A DNA stretch of 64,000 nucleotides from Chthonomonadales bacterium. Lineage in GTDB: Bacteria; Armatimonadota; Chthonomonadetes; Chthonomonadales; CAJBBX01. A model generated the notes under the pieces. It was not told where the DNA came from. It did no database searches and saw nothing but the letters and a program-made list of their open reading frames with translations. The stretch is from positions 7,038-71,037 of the forward strand of contig JBBROJ010000006.1 in the NCBI GenBank assembly GCA_038229495.1, in the 5' to 3' direction. How positions within the stretch are numbered: position 1 is the first letter of the stretch; every line of letters begins with the position of its first letter. The position numbers and the translations under genes are program-made. This document shows positions 56,429-64,000 of the stretch, one piece after another.

Positions 56429-56548
56429 GCCAAACCAATCGCGTCAATGACATCCAACTCGGCAGGTTGAGCATCTCGCGTCCTGGACTGCTCAACCTGT
56501 CCGTTGCGGCCGGCTGAACGAATGCCTCGTATGTCAGGAGAATGTATC

Positions 56549-58186
56549 ATGCTTAGACGCGCGCGGTGCGGCATACTTTACACGCTGATGCTCGCCTGGT
56601 CCCTCGCAGGCTGTGCAGCTTTAGCCCGGGGACAATTGCCGCCAGGGGCTCGCGACAACGACAATAGACTGGCACAGCGTGTGTCTGTTCATGAACGCGC
56701 GAAGACAGTGAGGGAGCTGCTCGCCATTCTCTCCAAAACGAGCAGCGTGGCATTGCGTTCTTCCCCTGAGACGGCAGATCTGCATGTCTCTGTCTTCGTC
56801 CGCAATCTCCCTCTCGGCGCCTTGCAGGCCCGCCTGGCTGAGACACTGCACCTGGCCTGGAAACGAATCGATGCCGCGGACGGGCAGGGTCCTCCTGCTT
56901 ATGAGTTATATCGGAGCAGGGACCAGCAGGCGGCCGAGGAGCGATTGATTGCCAGGGGTGACGATGCCTTCCGGGAGGGGATTGAAGATGCGATTAAAGC
57001 CGTATCTTATTCTCCGGAAGAGTTGGAGAAACTTCAGAAAGAGAATCCAATCCTGGCGGGCCGGTTGGAAGCCCCGGATGGCCGCGCGGCCGCGGGGATG
57101 GTCGGTCAACTCTCCGCAGACCAGAGGCAGCGTCTGTACAACGGCGAACGACTACGCTTTCCCCTGTCACAGGCGTCCCCGGAATTTCGCCGGGGCGCCA
57201 AAGACCTCCTTCAGGCGCATGAGGCTCGCGCGCAAGCATTAGGGGTAGACCTGCCAAATTCCAACCCGGACGAGGTCGCCTTTCGATCCGTCGAAGAGGG
57301 GGCCGATAGAAAAATCGTCGTCGAGTTGAAAAGCTCTATGGCCAGTCACGCCAGTACGATCTACGGCACGACATCATCGAGGATTTTTGGCGATCTAAAC
57401 GCAATGCGCTCGGAAGAGGAGTACGCCGATGCGCGACGCCCGCTGGTGTTGTCCGGTACGCTGAGCGGCAAGAATCTCGATGAGCTGTTGGAGAAGATTG
57501 CGGAAACGCTCCAGGTGAATATAATCTCCGAGAGCTATGTATTTCAGAAAACGGAGGAGCAGCGTCCTCTCGCGGCCGGCAAGCGCACGCTCGAAGCGAT
57601 GTTCGATTCTATCCTCTGGGGAGACGCGATGTGGTGGAAACATGGGAGCGTCCACATGGTGCAACGCAAACTCTGGTTCCTGGATCGCCAGGCGCTGGTT
57701 CCTGAAGCCACCATGACGCGCATCAAGGAAGCTTTTAAGAATCACCCGCTCGGCCTGGAACAGTACGCTGAGTTGGGACTTCTCAACTCGAAACAGTGGA
57801 TGACGCTTCAAGGTAGAGGGGTTGGCGAATTCGATCAACTTCTTCCCTTGTATCCTCTTCTTTCGTTCTACAGCTGCTTGCCGGAGCTTCAGAAGAAATC
57901 TCTTCTCTCTGGAAGCGGCATCAGCTCAGCGCATCTAAATAAAGCTGACCGGAAGAGGCTGATGGCTTGGATTAGATCGGCAGTGGGTAACGAGGGCAGT
58001 TTCACTGACGACGATGCTAATAATCCGATTCGCGTGTATGGCAGCGTTGATTCGCAACAAACGACATTTCGCGCTGTGACCGCTGCTTCGAATGACGATG
58101 CCGCGATCCTGGCTCGTCAATCTCTACCCGTCATTCCCCGTTCGGCTGTTCGCAAAGCAGCCGAGCCGATAAGGCCAGTGCCATAG
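56549..58186 (+). CDS. hypothetical lipoprotein (cassette gene 3)
   Basis: ATG 56549 lies 8 nt after AGGAGA. Lipobox LMLAWSLAGC. Two segments resembling secretin/TonB short N-terminal (STN)-type modules (TVRELLAILSKTSSVAL.., NLDELLEKIAETLQVNII..). Confidence 0.5.
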   Translation: MLRRARCGILYTLMLAWSLAGCAALARGQLPPGARDNDNRLAQRVSVHERAKTVRELLAILSKTSSVALRSSPETADLHVSVFVRNLPLGALQARLAETLHLAWKRIDAADGQGPPAYELYRSRDQQAAEERLIARGDDAFREGIEDAIKAVSYSPEELEKLQKENPILAGRLEAPDGRAAAGMVGQLSADQRQRLYNGERLRFPLSQASPEFRRGAKDLLQAHEARAQALGVDLPNSNPDEVAFRSVEEGADRKIVVELKSSMASHASTIYGTTSSRIFGDLNAMRSEEEYADARRPLVLSGTLSGKNLDELLEKIAETLQVNIISESYVFQKTEEQRPLAAGKRTLEAMFDSILWGDAMWWKHGSVHMVQRKLWFLDRQALVPEATMTRIKEAFKNHPLGLEQYAELGLLNSKQWMTLQGRGVGEFDQLLPLYPLLSFYSCLPELQKKSLLSGSGISSAHLNKADRKRLMAWIRSAVGNEGSFTDDDANNPIRVYGSVDSQQTTFRAVTAASNDDAAILARQSLPVIPRSAVRKAAEPIRPVP

Positions 58187-58277
58187 GAAACCTGATTCAG
58201 TCACGAATCGCGGGGAGTGAGCAACCGGCTTGCCGCAGGTATCGATCCGATTAAATCTCGTAGCCTGTTCCGTCGCG

Positions 58278-58351
58278 ATAACCCGCAGGTATCTCTTCTC
58301 GAACGAGCAGCAAGGCCGCTGGAGCGAAATTTCCAGCGGCCTTGTGCGCGC
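58278..58351 (+). repeat. 74-bp direct repeat, right copy (hairpin at 58312-58343 with one G-T pair)
   Basis: See the left copy at 55057-55130. Confidence 0.9.
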
Positions 58352-58466
58352 CAGCCCCCCCGGCAAGCTACGAGTTTTTAGCCGAGGGTGTAAGAGAAGA
58401 CCTCACGGATGCGCCGGTAACCGCCACAATAAGAGAATAGTGGACCGATAATGTGGACCAGATACG

Positions 58467-59546
58467 ATGAAGAACCCGCCGTCCCTCAATGAAGTCCAGC
58501 AGGCTCTCCTCGAAATGAGACAGCCCTACGAGCGCCGTCTCCTCGAGATACAGGATCGGCGCGACCAATTTTTAGCAAACCACCGTCAGTCTACCGCTGA
58601 GGTGGACCCCGTATTCGTCATCAGATCGAACCAGTTGCGCAAACAGGTGCGAGAGTGCCAGCGCGCCGTAGACATGCTGCCTCAATCGGTCTATCGCACC
58701 GTGGTATTGTGCGATCCCGAAACGGAGCAGATGTCAATTGTGGCATTGGTGCGGCACGAGGGTGAAATACCCTCGCTGCAGGTCGGTGAATGGTCGGTGG
58801 CCTGCGTCAGCCCAACTCTCAGACTTTTGCGCAGCGCGGTGGGCGAGGTGATCACCCAGGGTCTGGTTGTTTCCGCCAATGGATCGCCGGTGATGCCGGA
58901 ACCCAAGAGACGTCGGGCGATCGACACGCTGCACGCTCCTCCCCTTAGCGCGCTGGAATTGAAACGCCGTGACCGGGAGGCCCGCCGTCAGAGATTCGAG
59001 CGTTTCATTACAGATCGCAAGAATCGTGAGAAAGAGGTACAGGAGCGACTTTTCCGCCAACGAAAGGCCAGGGAAGATCGAGAGCTCGCCATCCGGGATA
59101 ACCTGCTGCGCGAAGATGAGGAGCGCGAAGAAAAGCGGAAACGAGACCTTGCGGAGTGGGCGCAGCGTCATCGGGCGCAATTGAAGGGCGCGGAGGCGGA
59201 AGACGATCTGGCGGTAGTCAACGGCGCTGCGCCCTCTTTGGATATGGTCGAGCCTGTGCCTGACGAAGACCCTGCACCGGTGGAAGAGGAAGCGCACGTG
59301 CCCCAGGCCACGCCCGAAGATGCCCCCGAATCAAAAGCTGCAGATACGAAAGACGCGAAAGATAGGCTGGATACGAGAGATGCCGGAACCGGGCAAGTGT
59401 GGTGGATACTCACTGGATTCGCGGCCGGCTGTGTTGTGGGACTATTCGTGCTTCCGCATTGGTTCTCGCTCATCGGCTCCCTTTCCGCGGCGGTGACGAG
59501 TCTTCTGCTGAGGCTATCGCCGGGGAGAACAGCGGAGCGCGACTAA
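58467..59546 (+). CDS. hypothetical protein: GreA/GreB-C-terminal-like domain, charged coiled coil, C-terminal TM anchor
   Basis: VYRTVVLCDPETEQMSIVALV..EGEI..VSPTLRLLRSAVGEVI resembles the Gre-factor C-terminal domain pattern. RRDREARRQRFERF..EDEEREEKRKRD coiled coil. TM segment VWWILTGFAAGCVVGLFVL. Confidence 0.45.
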   Translation: MKNPPSLNEVQQALLEMRQPYERRLLEIQDRRDQFLANHRQSTAEVDPVFVIRSNQLRKQVRECQRAVDMLPQSVYRTVVLCDPETEQMSIVALVRHEGEIPSLQVGEWSVACVSPTLRLLRSAVGEVITQGLVVSANGSPVMPEPKRRRAIDTLHAPPLSALELKRRDREARRQRFERFITDRKNREKEVQERLFRQRKAREDRELAIRDNLLREDEEREEKRKRDLAEWAQRHRAQLKGAEAEDDLAVVNGAAPSLDMVEPVPDEDPAPVEEEAHVPQATPEDAPESKAADTKDAKDRLDTRDAGTGQVWWILTGFAAGCVVGLFVLPHWFSLIGSLSAAVTSLLLRLSPGRTAERD

Positions 59547-60905
59547 CAGGGCGTCGATATCGCCCAGCAAGCCATTCTCTGGTGAATCCGCCGCCACGCC
59601 GGAGCGAAACTGAACTATTTCATCTTGCGCGCCCGGGCCGAGCATTTCGGCATATGCAGCGAGTGCGGGCATGGTAAATGGATAGTCCAGATTCGCGCGG
59701 AATCGCTCTCCGTTTTTGACCACGTTCACCAGCGTTCTAAACGATCCAGGGCGGGGTTGTTGAAGCAGCGCCCAGAGCGCGGTTTCCGCAGTACGGCCAT
59801 CGCTGTCGTAGAGATTTTGGATAAGGGCGGAGACGGCGGAGGAGTTGTCCGAGCCTGCTAGCCGCCGCGCCGCAAGTTCCCGCAGGGGACGCGCGCCTGC
59901 CCGTGCCAGATAGATAACCTCGTTGAGCGCGACTCCGGCCAGCAGTTCATGCGGGTCCTCCAGGAGCGCGCCGACCACGACTGGGGGCAGCTTTAGGCCA
60001 GTATATACCGCCTCCGCCACGAGCAGGGCTGCCTCTTCGGCGATATATCTTGCTGTTTCCACGGTATTGCGAGTCTCATTCGATACCATGCTGCCGGCAC
60101 TTTGTATGCGGGCACGCGCGGGTTCCCAATGGGCAGCGGCCTCTTGTTCATAGAGTTCGGCGGCACGGCGCAGCAGGTTTGCGTAGCGCGACCTCTTTTT
60201 CCCGGCCAGTCGTGTCAGAAATGCAGCCCCGGTCCTCCGTACCTGAATCCACGTGCTAATCCGTGTGACAAACGTCGCCTGATTTCCATGTTGCCGCATT
60301 TGTTCGTCCCAGAGGTTATACGCAGCCAGCCCGCCCGCATGACGCGCTAGCGGACCTCCTTTCACGCAGCCGCCCCGCGATGATGGACGCAGCGCCGCCG
60401 CCGCCCATTCCGCAAGGCCGCGAAGCTCTCTTTGGCTCCTCGTTCCGCGACGCTCCGGCGATCTGGTTACAAGGTAAATACGGGCATTGTCAATAGAATC
60501 GGCCAACAGGGACTTCGCTATCCACAAGCCGCCTTGATCCATGCCAGGTGTTCCAAATTCAAGGGTAAGGACCTGGATCCCATCCGAGGACACTCCCCGC
60601 ACGATTCCTCCTTTGGCCCCGTCAATCCAAACGACCGGAGTTCCACGGCGGATGGCGCTTTCGATTCGGCGAACCGTCTTAGTGATGGGGCGCCGCGGGA
60701 GCAAGGGCGGAGCCGCTGCAAATCCACATGCTTTGACTGCGGCCCCGGCGGATCGGTGCAGCGCGGCGCGCATTCGGCAGTCGCACCCCTCCGCGCATAC
60801 TGAAAGTTCCGAGGGCGCGGCCGAGATGCCAGCGAAGTAGTCGAACGCGAGAGATGCCTCAACGTCGTTGAGAGCTCGCCACCAGACGGCGTGGGGAAAG
60901 AACAT
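59514..60905 (-). CDS. hypothetical protein with HEAT-like C-terminal repeats
   Basis: 463-aa ORF. LAARRLAGSDNSSAVSALIQNLYDSDGRTAETALWAL is HEAT/PBS-lyase-like. Its 3' end overlaps the convergent gene by 33 nt. Confidence 0.45.
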   Translation of the reverse strand: MFFPHAVWWRALNDVEASLAFDYFAGISAAPSELSVCAEGCDCRMRAALHRSAGAAVKACGFAAAPPLLPRRPITKTVRRIESAIRRGTPVVWIDGAKGGIVRGVSSDGIQVLTLEFGTPGMDQGGLWIAKSLLADSIDNARIYLVTRSPERRGTRSQRELRGLAEWAAAALRPSSRGGCVKGGPLARHAGGLAAYNLWDEQMRQHGNQATFVTRISTWIQVRRTGAAFLTRLAGKKRSRYANLLRRAAELYEQEAAAHWEPARARIQSAGSMVSNETRNTVETARYIAEEAALLVAEAVYTGLKLPPVVVGALLEDPHELLAGVALNEVIYLARAGARPLRELAARRLAGSDNSSAVSALIQNLYDSDGRTAETALWALLQQPRPGSFRTLVNVVKNGERFRANLDYPFTMPALAAYAEMLGPGAQDEIVQFRSGVAADSPENGLLGDIDALLVALRCSPRR

Positions 60906-60965
60906 GGAAGGTGGATTCTCCAGGCGATTAGCGGGCAGTCACTTCAATGAATTGGATGCCCGCCT

Positions 60966-61166
60966 TTGGGGTATGTCTGGATTATTCTACCCATGTCCGC
61001 CGATGTCGTCGAGGACTGCCAGCCGAACAAGGTGATCGCCGCGATCCCGTCTGTGAGCCTGCCAATCGTAAAGTCCCACTTCGCATTCATACTTGCAAAG
61101 CTGGGCGTGCGCAGCCGGATCGATGCAGTTACAACTGATGCGCGGCGCGGCTGCGAGGCGCTATAG
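60966..61166 (+). CDS. small LuxR/GerE-type HTH protein, degenerate (possibly a remnant)
   Basis: ..NKVIAAIPSVSLPIVKSHFAFILAKLGVRSRIDAV aligns with the GerE/LuxR HTH consensus (..NKEIA..L.IS..TVK.H...I..KLGV..R..AV), but several conserved residues are replaced. Confidence 0.35.
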   Translation: MGYVWIILPMSADVVEDCQPNKVIAAIPSVSLPIVKSHFAFILAKLGVRSRIDAVTTDARRGCEAL

Positions 61167-61180
61167 CCTGGCGTGGCGGA

Positions 61181-62782
61181 TCACTTTGTGATGGCGAGCG
61201 GCAGGAGCTGGCACGAGATACTGGCGGGTCCGGCCCCTGTGCTGGCTGCCGGAACTTGCGCCTGTGGCAGCGCCGCGCGCGTCACAGACTTGCCGCCGAT
61301 TACCGTGGAACCGCGCAGTGTAATGAGTGAAGGAGCCGAAATAGCGTTCGGAGCGGCGGTCAGAGTAAGCTCAACGGTAGTCTGCCCGGCTGCAATCGCG
61401 CCGCCGCCAAAGGTGAGACCGCGCGGCATGGGGGCCGCTGAGATCGTTACAGGGCCGTCGAATCCGCCAAGCCGCTCAAGGCGTACTGTGAGTTTGGTCG
61501 ACCCTCCAGCAGGCAATTCCAGCCGGTCCGTCTCCAACAATAGGCGGAAGTCGGGGGCAGCCCGCTGTACGGCAAGCCTGTAGTAGTGATCGGCCCCCGT
61601 CCGTCCCTGACGATCGCTCAATTCAACGACGTATATTCCCTCCGACTGCGGCGTGAATAGGATTTGCGAATCCCCACCCTGCGCAGCGGCTCGCGATGCA
61701 ATCTCCTTGCCTGCCATATCCGTGATTTGCAGCATTCCCGATACGCTCGATCCGATGCGCCTGCCGAACAGGTCAAAAAGCAGCGTATCCTTGGGTCCGG
61801 CTTGAAACGCGAACTTTAAGCGCGGATAGGTCGCGAAAGCGCCCTCCAGCGAGCAGGGAAGCGTTGGCAGCGGCATCAGGGCGTCCGTTTCCGTGAGACC
61901 GACAACCGGCAGAAAATCGATCAGCAATGGAAAGGGGAGCGCGAATCCGTTTACCGTCTTTACGGTCGTCCAGTAGAGACCGGGCGGCGTGTCTGCCGGA
62001 ATAGACACTACGGTTTTTCGTGTCGCCCCAAGGTTGACGCCGGTTAATTGTAAAGCAATGTTGCGACCGGGCTTCTCGCCATGGGGAATCACGCTGGTGA
62101 CAACCGGAATCGCTCCGAGGGCAAGCCGGTAGTCGAAATCCGGCCCTCCCTGAGATCGGGAATCACGAATCGCGACCTGGTATCGGCCATCCTTCTCGAA
62201 CTTATGCAAAATACGCGGGTCGCCACCCTGCGCCGGCTCGCCCCGCGCGAGTTGACGCCCATCCGCGTCCAGCAGCTCCAACAGCGGACTGAGCGGCGAG
62301 TGGATGCGCCCGGCGTTTACCTCGAACGCCCATGTTTCCCCGGCGCGGGCCGTGACAGCATAAACGTCATGCTCTCCCGCCGCCTTGATGACTCCGTTCA
62401 GGACAATGGGAGTCTTCTCCAGCGCCTGCGGGTGCGCCGCGTCGCCTTGTCCAGTTTCCAGTGCGTTGGGAAAGACATCGACGCATATCCACGCCGGATG
62501 AGAGACCCCGTGGGTTGTGCCTATACGCACTTCGCGGCAGCCGAGCGGCGCGTCACCCGCCACGACGAGCTTGACTTCCGCCGCGCTGCCCGAAGAATCG
62601 GGTACTACGGACTGAATCGTGACGCCCTTTCCGCTGATGAAGACCTTCCCTGCGGCCAAATTCTTGCCCGTTACCCGAATGGTCGTCACGCCGCCGCGCG
62701 GCGCTCCAGCCGGCAGAATCGTTGCAATCTCCGGCGATTGCGCAAGAGCAAGGCCAGAACAAAAAATGAACCACGAAGACAC
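61181..62782 (-). CDS. secreted multi-domain beta-sandwich (IPT/TIG- and pre-peptidase-C-like) protein
   Basis: Long ORF. Candidate start GTG 62782 (MSSWFIFCSGLALAQS). An alternative is ATG 62923, overlapping the NHL gene stop (ATGA). The choice depends on whether the 62771-62900 inverted repeat is coding. Confidence 0.55.
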   Translation of the reverse strand: MSSWFIFCSGLALAQSPEIATILPAGAPRGGVTTIRVTGKNLAAGKVFISGKGVTIQSVVPDSSGSAAEVKLVVAGDAPLGCREVRIGTTHGVSHPAWICVDVFPNALETGQGDAAHPQALEKTPIVLNGVIKAAGEHDVYAVTARAGETWAFEVNAGRIHSPLSPLLELLDADGRQLARGEPAQGGDPRILHKFEKDGRYQVAIRDSRSQGGPDFDYRLALGAIPVVTSVIPHGEKPGRNIALQLTGVNLGATRKTVVSIPADTPPGLYWTTVKTVNGFALPFPLLIDFLPVVGLTETDALMPLPTLPCSLEGAFATYPRLKFAFQAGPKDTLLFDLFGRRIGSSVSGMLQITDMAGKEIASRAAAQGGDSQILFTPQSEGIYVVELSDRQGRTGADHYYRLAVQRAAPDFRLLLETDRLELPAGGSTKLTVRLERLGGFDGPVTISAAPMPRGLTFGGGAIAAGQTTVELTLTAAPNAISAPSLITLRGSTVIGGKSVTRAALPQAQVPAASTGAGPASISCQLLPLAITK

Positions 62783-62900
62783 GAAGACACCAAGATAGAG
62801 CTTATTAGACGGGATTAGCAGGATTGACTGGATAGGATTCCTCCCATAAATCCTATCCAAATAGGATTTTGCCGTTCTTTGTGTCTTCGTGTCTTCGTGG
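62771..62900. repeat. 20-bp perfect inverted repeat built from octamer repeats, enclosing a nested hairpin
   Basis: ccacgaagacacgaagacac (62771-62790) against gtgtcttcgtgtcttcgtgg (62881-62900). The nested hairpin is GGATAGGATT-9nt-AATCCTATCC (62830-62858). Confidence 0.9.
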
Positions 62901-62919
62901 TGAAAGTGTCGTTGCAGTT

Positions 62920-63909
62920 TCATGTTGCGAACTTCTGGATGCGGCAGTTCTGGGTGTCGCATATGTAGACGTGCCCGCGTGAATCGAAGGCCATGCCGTG
63001 AGGCGTCACGAATTTGCCCGGCTCCTTGCCCTGACCGCCCATTCCGAAGATGAACTTTCCCTCCGCAGTAAATACCTGTACTTTGTGGTTTGTGGCGCTG
63101 ACCCAAACGCGCCCTTTTCTATCAACCGCGATGGCGATAGGACCGGGCAGATTCTTCGGGCGGCCTCCAAATCCGCCAGGCTCCGTCGAGTTGTCGCCCC
63201 ATGATAGCAAGTACTTGCCTTCACGTGTGAACTTCTGCACGCGCCCGTTTGCCGCCTCGGTCGTGTAAACGCATCCGTGCGAATCGATTGTCACGAACTG
63301 CGGACCTCCGGTGCGGTTGCCGGGCTTGTCCATGCCGCCGAACTGGCCGGTCGCGTTGCCGTACTCGCCCCACTTGCGGATGAACACGCCCTTCGCGCTG
63401 AACTGCTGAATCCGGTGATTCACCTCATCCGCCACGTAGATAGATCCGTCCTTGGCGACTGCGAGTCCGCCCGGCTGCTGCATCTCGCCATCCCCCGTGC
63501 CAGGCTTACCCCACTCGCGAATTGGCTCGCCCTTTGGGTTATAGACCGTGATTTTGCCGGGCATGAGATGAGCCACGTAGATATTGCCGTCGCGGTCAAT
63601 GGCGATTCCACCCGGCTGTTCAACCGTCAGCGTGAGGACCTGGAGGAGCTTGCCGCCGGAATCGAACTTCTGCACGCGATTGTTTCTAAACTCCGTGACG
63701 AACACTTCATCGCGGCTGTTGACTGCGATTCCGATGGGCACGTTGAACTCGCCCTCTTCCTTACCCCGCTTTCCCCACTCCAGAAGGAATTGGGGAGGGG
63801 CCGACTCGCCACATGCGCGCGCAAAGCCTGGACGTAAGAATGTAAGCGCGGCAACTCCGGCGAGTTGAACGAGGCCGCGCCGGGTCAACTCAACAGGATA
63901 CTCACTCAT
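62920..63909 (-). CDS. Tat-signal NHL-repeat beta-propeller protein
   Basis: LTRRGLVQLAGVAALTF twin-arginine signal. Six repeats of the pattern G.F..P.G(I/L)A(V/I)D..G.(I/V)(Y/W)V(A/T)(D/E)..N.R(I/V)Q.F. Confidence 0.8.
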   Translation of the reverse strand: MSEYPVELTRRGLVQLAGVAALTFLRPGFARACGESAPPQFLLEWGKRGKEEGEFNVPIGIAVNSRDEVFVTEFRNNRVQKFDSGGKLLQVLTLTVEQPGGIAIDRDGNIYVAHLMPGKITVYNPKGEPIREWGKPGTGDGEMQQPGGLAVAKDGSIYVADEVNHRIQQFSAKGVFIRKWGEYGNATGQFGGMDKPGNRTGGPQFVTIDSHGCVYTTEAANGRVQKFTREGKYLLSWGDNSTEPGGFGGRPKNLPGPIAIAVDRKGRVWVSATNHKVQVFTAEGKFIFGMGGQGKEPGKFVTPHGMAFDSRGHVYICDTQNCRIQKFAT

Positions 63910-64000
63910 TTTTGGCCGACTCCTTTTCCAACCGGGATCATATCGCTGAGCCGGAGCGGATTGGCGCGGTTAAACATAAGCGGCGTCTGTCCCGGCAACG
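63906..64000 (-). CDS. C-terminal fragment of an upstream gene, translationally coupled to the NHL gene
   Basis: The frame is open from the window edge and reads ..LPGQTPLMFNRANPLRLSDMIPVGKGVGQK*. The TGA overlaps the NHL ATG (ATGA at 63909-63906). Confidence 0.4.
   Translation of the reverse strand, partial: LPGQTPLMFNRANPLRLSDMIPVGKGVGQK

Overview
This is a GC-rich bacterial chromosomal segment (roughly 60% GC, judged by eye, not computed). It carries about 55 protein genes. I recognised no rRNA, tRNA, CRISPR array, transposase or integrase.

Core content:
- Carbohydrate enzymes: GH1-like, GH5, GH4, a large (alpha/alpha)6-type hydrolase, and an SGNH sialate-O-acetylesterase-like protein.
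- Sugar metabolism: two Gfo/Idh/MocA oxidoreductases, a TIM-barrel isomerase, a ROK kinase, and an RbsC/RbsB-like ABC permease plus binding protein.
- Housekeeping: hemB, ald, ridA, an rpoD-family sigma factor, a nifS/iscS-like desulfurase, the rpmE-DUF1385-prfA-prmC string, and lysC.

Accessory content:
1. A solitary 1275-aa single-chain Type IIG restriction-modification enzyme (1.8-5.7 kb).
2. A toxin-antitoxin / gene-decay patch (12.9-19.6 kb) in which four genes are broken. Two have in-frame TGA codons and two have 1-nt frame breaks. One of the frame breaks sits exactly on an A-AAA-AAG slippery heptamer.
3. An 11-gene, single-strand, entirely extracytoplasmic copper-handling island (31.2-42.1 kb). 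It has no efflux pump and no regulator, and it includes two paralogous uncharacterised Met/His-rich outer-membrane barrels and an odd Cys-rich-bundle::CXXCH::DUF2231 fusion. I consider this the best candidate for an undescribed system.
4. A three-gene secreted-protein cassette bracketed by 74-bp direct repeats (55.1-58.4 kb).

At the nucleotide level the window is unusually rich in short tandem repeats (7-25 bp units) and hairpin modules placed right at gene ends. These include a twin-hairpin module present three times with a compensatory base-pair change, and a 136-bp element with perfect 25-bp terminal inverted repeats.

Lineage guess, low confidence: a diderm such as an Armatimonadota- or Planctomycetota-like organism, based on the DUF1559 pseudopilin, PEP-CTERM, Tat/lipoprotein signals and outer-membrane barrels.

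All functional calls rest on motif and family recognition by eye and from memory. No database search was run. The supplied ORF track translates GTG/TTG starts as M, and I re-picked several starts using SD motifs and signal peptides.
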